Source of the DNA: Halomonas sp.
GTDB taxonomy: Bacteria > Pseudomonadota > Gammaproteobacteria > Pseudomonadales > Halomonadaceae
NCBI RefSeq assembly: GCF_041689495.1
Contig: NZ_JBDNGD010000196.1
Span: 1-61,132 of the forward strand
Reading direction: 5' to 3'
DNA: 61,132 nt
In this document: positions 1 to 10,468 of the stretch, in pieces
Position numbering within the stretch: position 1 is the first letter of the stretch
How the letters are laid out: every line of letters begins with the position of its first letter
Position numbers and translations under genes: made by a program
Notes under the pieces: generated by a model
Told to the model about the DNA's origin: nothing
The model's input: only the letters and a program-made list of their open reading frames with translations
Databases searched by the model: none

Positions 1-1
1 A

Positions 2-685
2 ATCCACGGCGAAGGCATCCACGACGACCAGCCGTGGGAATCCTGCCTCACTCTCATCGAGCAAATCGCGCTCTACGTGGACCTGTACTCGGAGTTCATC
101 GACCGAGCAGCACGTGAGTTCCCGAGCGTTCAGGTGGTGTATCAGAAAGGCAACCACGGGGAACTGCGCGGCGATGGGATGAGTCCCGATTCAAACGCCG
201 ACGACATCGCGTTTATGATGCTCGAAGACCGGGTTGCTGGGCGGGACTACGGTAACGTGAGCTTCGTTTCATCTCACGGTTCGTACTTCACGAACTTTCG
301 AATGCGGGTCAACAACGAGGAAGACGAACGGCGTGCTGATGCACTCGGGGTGAAAATCAGTGAATTAAACCCGTCCTATCAGTCGGGTCACCGAGGGCAT
401 CTCCGTCACGGGCAGAAGAGCCTCTTCCACATCGGCACCTCATCGGGTCAGAACCGCTGGCGTGGGTGGCACGACAATCATGCCTTCGACATTGGCTACC
501 GTGGACACTACCACGAGTGGCGCGTCGAGAATCTGGACAACCGCCCCATCATCATGTCTGGGTCCATCTGCCCGCCATCGGACTACGAAGAGTCCTTCGC
601 GGCATACGCTGAACCGGCGGCGACAGTGCACGGGGTTTCCGACGACCGGCCTATCACGTTCTTCTACCCACTGGACTTCAAGTAG
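2..685 (+). CDS. Calcineurin-like metallophosphoesterase (5'-truncated by window edge)
   Basis: Frame is open from position 2 (IHGEGIHDD...). Contains GNHG, RHG and GHYH motifs typical of metallophosphoesterases. Confidence 0.7.
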   Translation: MHGEGIHDDQPWESCLTLIEQIALYVDLYSEFIDRAAREFPSVQVVYQKGNHGELRGDGMSPDSNADDIAFMMLEDRVAGRDYGNVSFVSSHGSYFTNFRMRVNNEEDERRADALGVKISELNPSYQSGHRGHLRHGQKSLFHIGTSSGQNRWRGWHDNHAFDIGYRGHYHEWRVENLDNRPIIMSGSICPPSDYEESFAAYAEPAATVHGVSDDRPITFFYPLDFK

Positions 686-720
686 GTCTTGCCTACTCGC
701 CTAACATTTCACGGCGGAAC

Positions 721-733
721 AGTTAAGTCATTG
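721..733 (+). promoter_or_regulatory. Putative archaeal TATA-type promoter AGTTAAGTCATTG
   Basis: Lies about 30-40 nt before the ATG at 764. An identical 13-mer occurs at 59606-59618. Confidence 0.5.
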
Positions 734-763
734 ACTGTCATCGGTTCAGGAGAGTCCAGCTAA

Positions 764-1099
764 ATGCCAGAATCACATCGCCGAGTCGGGTGTCGGGCAG
801 ACCAGTTTCGAATCTGTGATGCCCCGCACACTCGGTACTGGGATGACGGCGTGCCGGTACTGATTAGTACCACCTCTGGGAACGTCGTGAAGAAGTCCAT
901 CAGAGAGTACACGTTAACCTGTCCGCTCTGTTCTGATGAGGATAACGTCGAGTTAGGTCGCTATGACCACGACGAAGAACCCGTCTGCCCGGAGTGCGGT
1001 CTGCTGCTGGCTGGCGACGGGGTACCACGTACAAGCGACGGTTCCCGGCTGCTCTCAGACGCGAAAGCTGCGGGCCGAGTAAGCCCAGACAACCCATAA
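764..1099 (+). CDS. Zinc-ribbon protein (CPLC...CPECG)
   Basis: Two CxxC pairs, resembling a TFIIB-type ribbon. Confidence 0.6.
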   Translation: MPESHRRVGCRADQFRICDAPHTRYWDDGVPVLISTTSGNVVKKSIREYTLTCPLCSDEDNVELGRYDHDEEPVCPECGLLLAGDGVPRTSDGSRLLSDAKAAGRVSPDNP

Positions 1100-1101
1100 C
1101 C

Positions 1102-1500
1102 ATGCAAAATGAACCTGAAGTAAGCGCCGACGATGTACCATCCCTCGACTCGCTAACCGGCGAGCGTATTAACGAGATAATAACCGACGTGGAAATCGAA
1201 ACACCCGACGGTGAGAAGACTCCACTCGGTGCAGTCGCCGCCGACATCGTGGAAGCGCACACGGAGGTTGAGGCGTACAAGAACGGCTCAATGGCGCTCT
1301 CACAAGCGCTCAACGAAGCGCTCACCGAGTACGATGAAGACGACGACGAGATGGTCGCTCAGGTCATCGAGGAACTGCGAGCAGAAGCCTTCGGCGTCTA
1401 CCTTCGGGTCACTCGCGGCGACGACGAGTTGATTGGCGACCGAGATGGTCCGTACAGCGACTACTTCGGCGAGTCGGAACCCGATGAGGCCAGCCGATGA
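1102..1500 (+). CDS. Hypothetical acidic protein
   Basis: ATG at 1102 directly after the upstream stop; halophilic composition; overlaps next start (ATGA). Confidence 0.6.
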   Translation: MQNEPEVSADDVPSLDSLTGERINEIITDVEIETPDGEKTPLGAVAADIVEAHTEVEAYKNGSMALSQALNEALTEYDEDDDEMVAQVIEELRAEAFGVYLRVTRGDDELIGDRDGPYSDYFGESEPDEASR

Positions 1501-1913
1501 AGGAACTGCTCGCCCGACTGTTGGGTAAGTCGCCAACCCGAAGCACTGCGGACGTGCAGCACGTCGATAGGCAGGTCTACCGCACTGAAGGCGATGGGAC
1601 GCAGTGCGAGCACACCGAGGTCGAGGAGGTCGATGAAGTCTACCCGTTATCCGTCGTGGATTGGCGAGTGAAGAACGGCTATCTCGTCGCACCACAGACC
1701 GCGTACCACATCATCCGGTGTAAGCAGTGTGGTCGCGACCTGTCGTGGGACGAAGAGAAAGCGGAGTCGCTGGCGTTCAAAGCCGACTTCGTGATTGATG
1801 CAGACATCGACATCGATGAGGCGCTCAATGCGATGGAGAGCGGTGCGAGCAACACGGAGAGCGAATCCATCCTCATCAATCGCAGCGAGAATCCGGAACA
1901 ATCCGAAGAGTGA
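1497..1913 (+). CDS. Hypothetical protein with CxH/CxxC motifs
   Basis: Coupled ORF, acidic, CEH and CKQC motifs. Confidence 0.55.
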   Translation: MKELLARLLGKSPTRSTADVQHVDRQVYRTEGDGTQCEHTEVEEVDEVYPLSVVDWRVKNGYLVAPQTAYHIIRCKQCGRDLSWDEEKAESLAFKADFVIDADIDIDEALNAMESGASNTESESILINRSENPEQSEE

Positions 1914-1920
1914 CACAACC

Positions 1921-2259
1921 ATGAAAGTACGAACAGAACACAAGAAAGTAGACGGCAGCACAGTAGTAGAGCATCTGGGGGTAGACAGGCTGATAGCACC
2001 GGGCAACTGTCTCCCGAAACTCTACGATGGAAATACACAGCATCGCATCGTCGGAACGATAACCAGCGTAGAGAATATCGATGGAGGCAAAGTCGCCTAT
2101 CTGACAGAGGAAGACGAGTTCCGCTCGGTCTTCGATGTGCAGGAGGTGCAGATGCCGCCGATGGTACGGAAGCTGAACGTCACGTACACCGACTGGACCG
2201 ATGAATTTCTGGAGTACCACCGGGTCGTGACGATTCACGAGGGCGATGGAGATGAGTAA
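1921..2259 (+). CDS. Hypothetical protein
   Basis: ATG preceded by GACACAACC leader; fits operon spacing. Confidence 0.55.
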   Translation: MKVRTEHKKVDGSTVVEHLGVDRLIAPGNCLPKLYDGNTQHRIVGTITSVENIDGGKVAYLTEEDEFRSVFDVQEVQMPPMVRKLNVTYTDWTDEFLEYHRVVTIHEGDGDE

Positions 2260-2638
2260 CGGACGAAGCGCCCTCGATGTGCTCGAAGACAGCTCCTCGC
2301 TCTACGAGCGCAAGAACGCCGACTACGGAGACGCGTGGCGGCTCGTCGGGAAGACGATGGAACTGTGGCTTCAGCACCAGAACGTCGAAGAGCTAACCAT
2401 CCCCGCCAATCAGCACGAACTCAACTCGTTCAGCCTCTTCACGCGGCGGCTGGACAAGATGATTCGCGAGTTCAACGGCTGGTTCGTGGCCGATGGGATG
2501 GAGGTCGAGGAGTCCATCGCCGAAACCCACCAAGACGACGTGCCATACGCAGCGATGCACACCGAACTGGCGGAGCAGTACGCGAACATGAACTACGTAG
2601 AGTTCTCCAGCGGCGACAAGTGGAAGGACACCAGCTAA
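2252..2638 (+). CDS. DUF1599 / nucleotide-modification-associated-domain-like protein
   Basis: YERKNADYGDAW and D..Y motifs typical of this phage family. Confidence 0.55.
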   Translation: MSNGRSALDVLEDSSSLYERKNADYGDAWRLVGKTMELWLQHQNVEELTIPANQHELNSFSLFTRRLDKMIREFNGWFVADGMEVEESIAETHQDDVPYAAMHTELAEQYANMNYVEFSSGDKWKDTS

Positions 2639-2865
2639 TGTACGACGAAGACACCCTCAAAGCACTGGCGAACAGGCTGCTCGACCGACAAGATGAACCC
2701 TTCGAACTACTGTCGAACCTGACGACGGTTCGCAATCGGCAGTCGAGCGACGATGTGCCGAAGGAGATGCAGCGATTCGAACTCCGCCTCGAACTCAATG
2801 GTAACGACATGGAGACAATCATCGAGGAGGTGGAGGCGCAACTGGGAGTTGAGGATGACGAATGA
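2638..2865 (+). CDS. Hypothetical protein
   Basis: TAATG overlap with upstream gene; acidic. Confidence 0.5.
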   Translation: MYDEDTLKALANRLLDRQDEPFELLSNLTTVRNRQSSDDVPKEMQRFELRLELNGNDMETIIEEVEAQLGVEDDE

Positions 2866-3005
2866 TGGTGAAATCGACGCGCTCGCCATTGAAATCGAGC
2901 GGGCCATCGCGAGGTCCGAAGGAACTATGGCTGCTTGTAGCGGTGGGACTACTCGTTCTCAGCACGCTATTGATGCAGCTCGTTTCTTCGCTATGAGAGG
3001 CCGCC

Positions 3006-3236
3006 ATGACTGAGAAACAATCGGACGATAGCGTTGGGCTGCCGCCGAACGTGAAGCAAACGCTGTCGTCAATCCTCGCTCATGCTGCGTCTCAAGAGCG
3101 CACCGTCATCGAGTTGCGAACAGCTGAAGCGGCGAACGGGCGTCGTCACTTCACGAACGCACTGGAAATCACCGAGCACGTGGCCGAGATGGAGAACCAG
3201 CAGGACAAGAACCCGAAGAGGGGGCGAGAGCTATGA
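3006..3236 (+). CDS. Hypothetical protein
   Basis: ORF in operon orientation. Confidence 0.4.
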   Translation: MTEKQSDDSVGLPPNVKQTLSSILAHAASQERTVIELRTAEAANGRRHFTNALEITEHVAEMENQQDKNPKRGREL

Positions 3237-3285
3237 CTGACTGGCTCATCGGTGGCCTGTTCGGCTTCTGGGCCGAGGTGCTGGC

Positions 3286-4311
3286 ATGAGTCGCTACGAC
3301 GGTCACGGGAGCAGCGACACGAGCGAAGCTTCCACGAACGCGACACCCACCCTCGGGGGCATCGACCCTGCCGCCCAGCTTCAGCCCGACCCGGAGTTGC
3401 TGACCGACGGCCTGCCGTACATCTCGAAGTCGCGACTGAAGACCTACCTCACCTGCCCGGCGAAGTTCTACTGGAAGTATTGGTGCGGGCATCGAACGCC
3501 GGGTTCGTACCACACCGAGAAGGGTTCACGGCTGCACGAAGCCTTCGAGGTGTTCCACCTGAACCTCATCGACTACGTGGAGGAACACGGCGAGCGTCCG
3601 GCGGAGTTCCAGCCGCTCATGCCGCACTGGTCGAACTACGCCCAGTGGATAGAGCAGTTCGGGAACTTCGTGAAGTTCGAAGAGCGCCGCTGGCGGGCCG
3701 CCTGTGAGTCGGTCGTTGGGGAAATCGCCATCGGCGATTCGCTCGGGATGGCACGACGCCGCTGGCTTCCTGTGGAAGTCGAAGCTGAGTTCTGGCTTGG
3801 CGAGCCGCCCCAATCGTGGGTGGAGAGCCAGGGCGAACCCGACTACGTGGCTGTCGGCCCGCCGGTTGGTGAAGTCCCGTGGATGGGGCGCATCGACCTG
3901 ATGGTGCGGACGAACTCACTGCCCGGAGTTGAGGGCAACGGTGTCAGCATCATCGACTACAAGACAGGGAAGGTGCCAAACCCGCAGTACCGGCACGAAG
4001 GCATCTTCACGGAGAACGAGATGTACGCGATGGCTGTGGAACCCCACTTCCAAGTGGACTACACGGGCAACTACTTCCCACAGAGCGACACGCTGCTGCT
4101 CGAAGAGACGCCGCACCCCGGCCGCCGCAGCCTCATCGAGTCAACGGTCGTGGAGTTGCAGCAGACGCCTGACTACCTCGCTGACGACGACAATGGCCCT
4201 CCCGCCAACTTCGACTACGAAGAGCAGCCGTTGTGCTCGTGGGACAACGCCAACGGGCCGGGCAACTGCCACTTCTACAACATCTGTCCGAGTACGTGGA
4301 GGCCGAACTGA
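3286..4311 (+). CDS. PD-(D/E)XK / Cas4-like exonuclease
   Basis: SKSRLKTYLTCP N-terminal motif, GRIDL and IIDYKTG nuclease motifs, three C-terminal Cys (Fe-S ligands). Confidence 0.85.
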   Translation: MSRYDGHGSSDTSEASTNATPTLGGIDPAAQLQPDPELLTDGLPYISKSRLKTYLTCPAKFYWKYWCGHRTPGSYHTEKGSRLHEAFEVFHLNLIDYVEEHGERPAEFQPLMPHWSNYAQWIEQFGNFVKFEERRWRAACESVVGEIAIGDSLGMARRRWLPVEVEAEFWLGEPPQSWVESQGEPDYVAVGPPVGEVPWMGRIDLMVRTNSLPGVEGNGVSIIDYKTGKVPNPQYRHEGIFTENEMYAMAVEPHFQVDYTGNYFPQSDTLLLEETPHPGRRSLIESTVVELQQTPDYLADDDNGPPANFDYEEQPLCSWDNANGPGNCHFYNICPSTWRPN

Positions 4312-4469
4312 TGGCACGAGAACCACTCGTCCTCGACACCGAAGACCTCGACCACATCGAGGAGCTTCTGGAAACACTCTCGGAGGGATACCACGTCCTC
4401 GGTCCCGATGAAGAGAAACGAGAGCAGTACGAGGGGATGCACAAGCGGCTGCAAGAGTCCCGACCATGA
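4311..4469 (+). CDS. Small hypothetical protein
   Basis: TGATG and ATGA overlaps at both ends. Confidence 0.5.
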   Translation: MAREPLVLDTEDLDHIEELLETLSEGYHVLGPDEEKREQYEGMHKRLQESRP

Positions 4470-5302
4470 CTGACCTTTCACACCACGACATCACGCTGAA
4501 CGGCAACGAACTGAACATCACGGAGAACACACTTCGCGGGCTGGCTGGCTATCTAAAGAACGAGGGCGATGACATGTCTGGGTTCGCAGAACCCCACGAA
4601 CTGACAGACATCGCCGACAAGATTCACCGTCAGCGCATCAAGAGCTACCCCGTCATCGCGTTCTGCGGACTGCCCGGCTCTGGTAAGACCACCATCGGCG
4701 AGTTCGCGGCGGAACTCGGACACGCTGAGTTCATCTCGATGGGTGATGCCATCCGGCACGAAGCGCCAGAGAACATCGCTGAAGACTCCGAAGAACTCGG
4801 CGAGTTCGCGGCACGAACACGGGAGGATGACCCCCGCGCCATCCCCAACTGGACCATCGACCGGGCAGTCGCCCGAGCCGAAGAAGATGCACTCATCATC
4901 GACGGGGTTCGTTCAGTGGATGACTACATGGTGCTGAATAACTTCTTCGAGAGCTTCGTGCTCATCAACGTCCGGTCGGACTTCTACAATCGACTGGAGC
5001 GGCTACAGGAGGGAGAGTTCGAAGCAGGAGACCTGTTGGCCCGTGACGAGCGGGAGAACCAAGAACTCGGGCTGGCGGAACTGCTCACCTACGAAGACGC
5101 TGAGTTCCTGCCCGACGACATCGATTACCCCGAAGGACTCCACGACGGCGTGATGGTCAACGACGGCGAAGACCTGTCCCTGCTGTACGAGAAAACGTCC
5201 GGTCTTCTCAACCGTCTCGGGGACTGGGCACCGCGTCTCGATGAGAACGACGAGGAAGACATCGAGGACGAGGAAATCGAGATGGGCGAAATCGAACCGT
5301 AG
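4466..5302 (+). CDS. P-loop nucleotide kinase (archaeal dephospho-CoA/NMP kinase-like)
   Basis: GLPGSGKT Walker A, SMGDAIR, IIDGVRS and RDERE motifs. Confidence 0.8.
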   Translation: MTDLSHHDITLNGNELNITENTLRGLAGYLKNEGDDMSGFAEPHELTDIADKIHRQRIKSYPVIAFCGLPGSGKTTIGEFAAELGHAEFISMGDAIRHEAPENIAEDSEELGEFAARTREDDPRAIPNWTIDRAVARAEEDALIIDGVRSVDDYMVLNNFFESFVLINVRSDFYNRLERLQEGEFEAGDLLARDERENQELGLAELLTYEDAEFLPDDIDYPEGLHDGVMVNDGEDLSLLYEKTSGLLNRLGDWAPRLDENDEEDIEDEEIEMGEIEP

Positions 5303-5594
5303 AGAGCGTAAAGAATTAAGACCCCCGGCTCCGTTCTTTCACACGGAGTCCGTGGAGCCGTAATCGTCTCGGTCTGTAATCCGATGAGGCCGGGGCGACG
5401 GTATCCGCGACACAACCTAACACAATGAAGAAACCAACGCTAACCGACGAGCAGTATCGAACAATAACGTGCGTTCTGAACGCCGTTACCCAAGCAGATA
5501 GCTCAGGGGATGCTGTCTGGTTGGGAGAACACGACAGAGAGAAACTGGAAGACGCGCTAATCGCGTTCGCTGATGATGAAACTCTGGTGATAGT

Positions 5595-5993
5595 ATGACC
5601 TACGACACAATCGCACCACGGCTCAAGCTCAAGAACACGATTTCACACCCCGCCGACACGGGAGAGACCGGCTTAGTGCTCGGGTTCTCCGGACGGAATG
5701 TGCTACTCGGGCATGATGCCAACGTGTTGAAGCAGGAAGAACTGCCGACGATTCGAGATTCGCCGGCAGTCACCCACTTCATCATCCCAACCGAGCAGGT
5801 TGATGAGGCAGTACAGGACGACGTACACGTCTACATCCTCGGTGAGAAGACGGTCTATCACATCGACCCTATCGACGTGTCCAAAGCGAAGCAACACACC
5901 GGACGAAAGCACGGCGAAGACGTAGAGGGCGTTGCGGTCCCCCTCGGGAAGACGACACGTTGGTACCGCAGCCGGGTCGAGGTGAGCAACTGA
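5595..5993 (+). CDS. Hypothetical protein
   Basis: ORF coupled to the next gene. Confidence 0.55.
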   Translation: MTYDTIAPRLKLKNTISHPADTGETGLVLGFSGRNVLLGHDANVLKQEELPTIRDSPAVTHFIIPTEQVDEAVQDDVHVYILGEKTVYHIDPIDVSKAKQHTGRKHGEDVEGVAVPLGKTTRWYRSRVEVSN

Positions 5994-6448
5994 TGAAGCT
6001 CTCAGAGTTCGGCGACCGAGAGTTGGTGGTCACCTGCGACGAGCCAATCTTCCATCCGTCCGGTACCGGCATCATCGGCAAGATGGGCTACGACGACAAG
6101 CAGCGCCGCTGCGCTGTATTCTTCCGCGATGCAGATGAACACTACTTCCGGAAGTACGGCGGCTACGCGGTGTCGGTCGGCGTGCTGACTCAGATTCACA
6201 GCCGCGGTGTCGATACGGTTTACATCGCAGAGCAACTCGATGATGAAAAGCGCATGTTGGAATACGACATCGCTTCATTCATGGCTGGCACCCTCATCGC
6301 GTACAGTCCCGGCGAGAACAGCATCGTAGAGGGAGAACAGGCAGTTCAACACGCCGACGATAGCGTCTACACTGACAAGCAGCGCGTGGTTTCCGATAGC
6401 AACACCGTGCGCGTTTGGGAGTGGGACGAGTTCACGTTCCACCCATGA
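5993..6448 (+). CDS. Hypothetical protein
   Basis: TGATG overlap; contains HYFRKYGGYAVS. Confidence 0.6.
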   Translation: MKLSEFGDRELVVTCDEPIFHPSGTGIIGKMGYDDKQRRCAVFFRDADEHYFRKYGGYAVSVGVLTQIHSRGVDTVYIAEQLDDEKRMLEYDIASFMAGTLIAYSPGENSIVEGEQAVQHADDSVYTDKQRVVSDSNTVRVWEWDEFTFHP

Positions 6449-6633
6449 CACTCAGACTCAACAGACTCGTGCCAGAAGAGTACGGCTGGTGTTCAGTGAA
6501 GTCACTGGAGAAGCTCAAACAGACGCAGGCTGAACTCAATGAGGCCGTCGCCGCAGCCGAGGAATTAGGCTTCACTGACCCGGACATCGACCGACTCCAT
6601 GAGTACCTCAGTGAGTGGGGTCTTGCACCATGA
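6445..6633 (+). CDS. Small hypothetical protein
   Basis: ATGA overlaps with both neighbours. Confidence 0.5.
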   Translation: MTLRLNRLVPEEYGWCSVKSLEKLKQTQAELNEAVAAAEELGFTDPDIDRLHEYLSEWGLAP

Positions 6634-9281
6634 CGATAGAACTCTACGTCACGAACACCGAGACGATTCATCCACGGCGCGACAACGACGTAGAAGAGCT
6701 ATCGGTGCGTCTCTACGGTCGAACGCGTGATGATGAAGCGAAGAAAATCACCGTCGAGGGGTTCTCCCCGTACTTCTACGTGCCCGCCGATGAAACGGAC
6801 GTAGTTGCGCCGGTTGAACACGACAAGCTGGAGCGATACGAAGAGACGGACATCGTTCCGCTCGAAGACCGCTTCGATGAGAACCCACGGAAGCTGGCGA
6901 AGGTCGTCACCACCGACCCATACGTCCGTGAGTTGCGCCAGCGGTGGGACCGGACGTGGAGCGCCGACGTGGAGTTCACGTCGCTGTTCCGCATCGAGAA
7001 GGACATCAAGACAGGCGTTCGAGTGCCGTCCACCCGGTGTCATCACAGCGAGGTAGAGGCCGTGGACATCGAAGACGTAGAACCGCGTGTCCTCTACTTC
7101 GACATCGAGACGGACGACCGGGCAACGGGATTCCCCGACCCCGGCGAAGCACGAATCCTCTCCATCGCGGCGTACAACTCGGGGACAGGGAAGTACGCTA
7201 CGTTCATCGACGGAGATGAGAAACCCATCGGGGAGTTCTATGGCTGGCCGGATGCGGACACCGGCCTCATCGAATGTAAGCTCGGGGAACCCACCAGCCT
7301 GAAATACTACCGGAGTGAGCGGCGGATGCTCATGAAGTTCGCCCAAGCTATCGAGATGAGCGACCCGGACATCATCACCGGGTGGAACTCGGGCGACGAT
7401 TCGAACGACGGCTTCGACCTCCCCCACCTCATCGAGCGGATGAAGAACCTCGGCATCAGTGTCGGGCGTCTCTCCCGCGAAGGCTACGTCGATAACGAAG
7501 ACATCGGCGACGGCGAATGGCGCACGTCTATCAAAGGGCGCAGCACCTACGACCTGATGGACGGGTGGGCGAACACGAAGTTCACGAAGCCCGACTCCAA
7601 GCGTCTCAACGACGTGGCGGCAACCGCGTTGGACGACTTCAAGCTCGAACACCCCGACATGGGCTACTTCGAGATGTACGAGTCTGACCCGGTGTTGTTC
7701 ACCGATTACAACACGAAGGACACGCGGTTGGCGGTCGAAATCAACCACGCGGAGAACGTCTTCGGCTTCTACAAGCGGCTGAAGGACATGATTGGCGTGG
7801 ACTGGGAAGAGACGCGCCAGAACAACGACTTCGTAGAGATGTCGGTACGGCGCAAGTGCCGAGAGCACGGCGTCGTCATGGTCACGGCGTGGGACAACGA
7901 ACACGTTAGGGCCGCCGCCGAGAGGGACGACAATGAGGTGAACTTCGAGGGTGCCTACGTGTTCGATGCGTTCAGTGGGCTGAAGCGAAACGTGGTCGGG
8001 AAAGACCTCGCTTCACTCTACCCGATGACGCAGTACATGTTGAACGCTTCGCCGGACACGAAGGTAGACCGGCTGTGGGCGGTGAAGAACAACGTCCCCC
8101 ACGTGGTTGCGGAGAACGGTGCGTGCTTCCGAACCGACGTAGACTCCATCATCAAAGAACTCGTGGACGAGTACGATGAAATCAAGATGGAGTTCAAACG
8201 TCGTCGCAATGAAGCCACGTATGGCACCGAAGAGTGGGACGCACTCGCTGTTGCCTACGGCACCACGAAGACCATCTACAACTCGTACTACGGCTACACG
8301 GGCTGGGACAAGAGTCCACTCTACGACCCGGACATCGCGGCGGCTGTCACCCTCACCGGGCAGGTGGTCATCAAAGAGACGGCTCGCTACATCAACGAGG
8401 AGACCGAGGCGGAAGTGGTCTACGGGGATACGGACTCCAACTACGCGGAGTACCCCGACGACTGGGAGCAAGAGCGCATCCTTGAGTACGCCCAGGGCGT
8501 CTGCGATACGCTCAACGAGGAAGTCTACCCCGAGTTGTGCGACCAGTTCAACATCGACCGCTCACAGAACGAGTGGTTCATCGAACTCGAAATGCTGGCC
8601 GACCGCTTCTTCCAGTCGGGTAGTAAGAAGTTCTACGCCTACCGCTCCATGTGGAGCGAGGGGATGCCCTTCGATGAGAAGGTGAAGGATGGGGAGGGCA
8701 GTATCTCCATCGCCGGCTACGCTTGTGTGAAGTCGAACTTCAGTGCGCTCACGAAGGACACGCAGCGCGCCATCCTGCACACCATCCTCGAAGACGGGAC
8801 GAAGCAGGACGTAGCTGACATCATGTTCGAAGCTGCGTCCAGCATCGACCCCGCCAACCCCGACTGGGACAGAATCGGGATGCCGCAGGGTCTCGGAAAG
8901 AAGCTCTCGAAGGAGAAATCCGGCGGGGACGACTTCTACGACTGGTCTCCCAACGGCGACCATCCACAGAGCGCGCACCCACGAGGTGCATGGTTCGCGA
9001 ACCACCTGCTCGACGTGAAGCTGGGGAAGGGTAGCCAGCCGAAGCGGTGCTACGTGAAGCCCACGCTCTCGGTCGGCGACGACATGGTTGACGTAATCGC
9101 CTACGAAGACCACTACGACCTCGAACCAATCGAGGACGAACTGAAGATAGACGCGGCGGCAATGCAGGAGAAGCTACTGGTAAACCCAATGGACGACATA
9201 CTCGACGCTTTCGGGCTGGAGATGGATGCGGCGCTTCAGGGGAAAGCACAGACGCAGACAAGCATCGCGGGGTTCAACTAA
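6630..9281 (+). CDS. polB: Family B DNA polymerase with 3'-5' exonuclease
   Basis: ExoI FDIET, ExoII GWN...FD, DLASLYP, K..YNSYYG, YGDTDS and KKFY motifs. Confidence 0.97.
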   Translation: MTIELYVTNTETIHPRRDNDVEELSVRLYGRTRDDEAKKITVEGFSPYFYVPADETDVVAPVEHDKLERYEETDIVPLEDRFDENPRKLAKVVTTDPYVRELRQRWDRTWSADVEFTSLFRIEKDIKTGVRVPSTRCHHSEVEAVDIEDVEPRVLYFDIETDDRATGFPDPGEARILSIAAYNSGTGKYATFIDGDEKPIGEFYGWPDADTGLIECKLGEPTSLKYYRSERRMLMKFAQAIEMSDPDIITGWNSGDDSNDGFDLPHLIERMKNLGISVGRLSREGYVDNEDIGDGEWRTSIKGRSTYDLMDGWANTKFTKPDSKRLNDVAATALDDFKLEHPDMGYFEMYESDPVLFTDYNTKDTRLAVEINHAENVFGFYKRLKDMIGVDWEETRQNNDFVEMSVRRKCREHGVVMVTAWDNEHVRAAAERDDNEVNFEGAYVFDAFSGLKRNVVGKDLASLYPMTQYMLNASPDTKVDRLWAVKNNVPHVVAENGACFRTDVDSIIKELVDEYDEIKMEFKRRRNEATYGTEEWDALAVAYGTTKTIYNSYYGYTGWDKSPLYDPDIAAAVTLTGQVVIKETARYINEETEAEVVYGDTDSNYAEYPDDWEQERILEYAQGVCDTLNEEVYPELCDQFNIDRSQNEWFIELEMLADRFFQSGSKKFYAYRSMWSEGMPFDEKVKDGEGSISIAGYACVKSNFSALTKDTQRAILHTILEDGTKQDVADIMFEAASSIDPANPDWDRIGMPQGLGKKLSKEKSGGDDFYDWSPNGDHPQSAHPRGAWFANHLLDVKLGKGSQPKRCYVKPTLSVGDDMVDVIAYEDHYDLEPIEDELKIDAAAMQEKLLVNPMDDILDAFGLEMDAALQGKAQTQTSIAGFN

Positions 9282-9282
9282 C

Positions 9283-10122
9283 ATGGCTCGGCTGGGTGGG
9301 GATGCACTCGATGAGCCGGTGTCGTTCCCGAAGAGCGACGACGAATGGCACGAGCGACTGTGGGGCGACCGCGACAACATCGAGCGGACAATCCGCATGA
9401 AGTACGCCTTCAAGCAGATGAAGACGACTGCCGCCCACGTCCCGTGGAGTCGGCTGAAGCAACTGTCTGGAGTCAGGGGCAAACACGCACCCGACGACCA
9501 CCTCAACTTCATCGGGTCGTGGCGCGTGCCGCTCTGGAAGTTCCAGGGGCAGGGGGTCAACCGGAAGTGGATGAACCCCGACTACGCGCACAAAAGACTT
9601 TTCCCTGAAGCGTGTGGTCTTTGTGGTTGTGGCATCCCGATTGTCCGACGAAACATGCCGGACGACTTCAATCCGCCGACCCGAATCACGGAACACAACG
9701 AGGGGTGCTGCACCCATGACCGGATGCAGGGCTACGCTGAACTCTGGCGCGAGCGAAAAGCGGTCCTCGAACAGACGTTCTACTTCGGGAAGCCGATGAC
9801 GTGGGCGTCAGAGCGGCTGGCGTTCGACAACAACATCCAGCACATCCCGAGCATCGCGCAGAAGTGCGGCATCAACACGACCGAAGCGGCGCAGGCGGGG
9901 CGGCGTCGGGTGGTGCGGAGCCTCATCGTGTTGCTGCGCGAGTATCACCCGAAGGACGTGGCGTACCTGTACGACGTGAAAACTCGCTGGCTCTCTCAGA
10001 TGGTCAACGAGGAAAGCACGTCGAGTTCACAGGCGCTCTACCTCGCTCGGCAGAAGAACTCGCCGGACTCGATTCTGGATGCCGTGAAAGAAGACCCACG
10101 TGGGGAGGAGTTGGTGGTCTGA
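9283..10122 (+). CDS. Hypothetical protein, Cys-rich centre, possible C-terminal HTH
   Basis: CGLCGC and HNEGCC motifs; PKDVAYLYDVKTRWLSQ resembles an HTH. Confidence 0.55.
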   Translation: MARLGGDALDEPVSFPKSDDEWHERLWGDRDNIERTIRMKYAFKQMKTTAAHVPWSRLKQLSGVRGKHAPDDHLNFIGSWRVPLWKFQGQGVNRKWMNPDYAHKRLFPEACGLCGCGIPIVRRNMPDDFNPPTRITEHNEGCCTHDRMQGYAELWRERKAVLEQTFYFGKPMTWASERLAFDNNIQHIPSIAQKCGINTTEAAQAGRRRVVRSLIVLLREYHPKDVAYLYDVKTRWLSQMVNEESTSSSQALYLARQKNSPDSILDAVKEDPRGEELVV

Positions 10123-10177
10123 TGGGCTTCATTGGGTGGATACGCGGTGTTGTCAATCGCCCAGAGAAAAGAACTTT

Positions 10178-10468
10178 ATGGAACGCGTGAGACAAGATAT
10201 GACAACGGCAAGCGCTGCACCTATTGCTGTTGTCGATGGAATGCAGAGCGAAATTCGGCGAGTAGAAGGTCGTTTTGGTGGCTGGGGGAAGGTAATCTTC
10301 CCTGAGAAGCGCGAACCCGGCGACCCTATCCCCGAAGACCGGCTCTGGCTGAACACGTATATCACGTGGACGAAGCTAATCGAGCAGGTCGATGCGGATA
10401 TTACTGTGGGTGATGTCCAACGAGAGGCTCTCAGGTCTATGCTGCGGCGTTTCGAGTCGCGGCTGTAG
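10178..10468 (+). CDS. Hypothetical protein
   Basis: ORF at the end of the + strand operon. Confidence 0.4.
   Translation: MERVRQDMTTASAAPIAVVDGMQSEIRRVEGRFGGWGKVIFPEKREPGDPIPEDRLWLNTYITWTKLIEQVDADITVGDVQREALRSMLRRFESRL

Noticed and set aside
3286-4311. Cas4 as evidence of a CRISPR-Cas system
   Set aside because: No other cas genes or array are present; solo Cas4-like nucleases are common in archaeal viruses.
5381-5400. CCGATGAGGC as a hammerhead ribozyme core (CUGAUGAG)
   Set aside because: The conserved U is C, and the copies I checked lack a stem II followed by GAAA. CTGATGA at 43376 also lacks the GAAA.
6699-7904. 401-aa minus-strand ORF
   Set aside because: Antisense shadow of polB caused by high-GC codon bias; not acidic.
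6630-9281. Intein in polB or terminase
   Set aside because: Motif spacing and lengths are normal, and I saw no intein splice-junction motifs.
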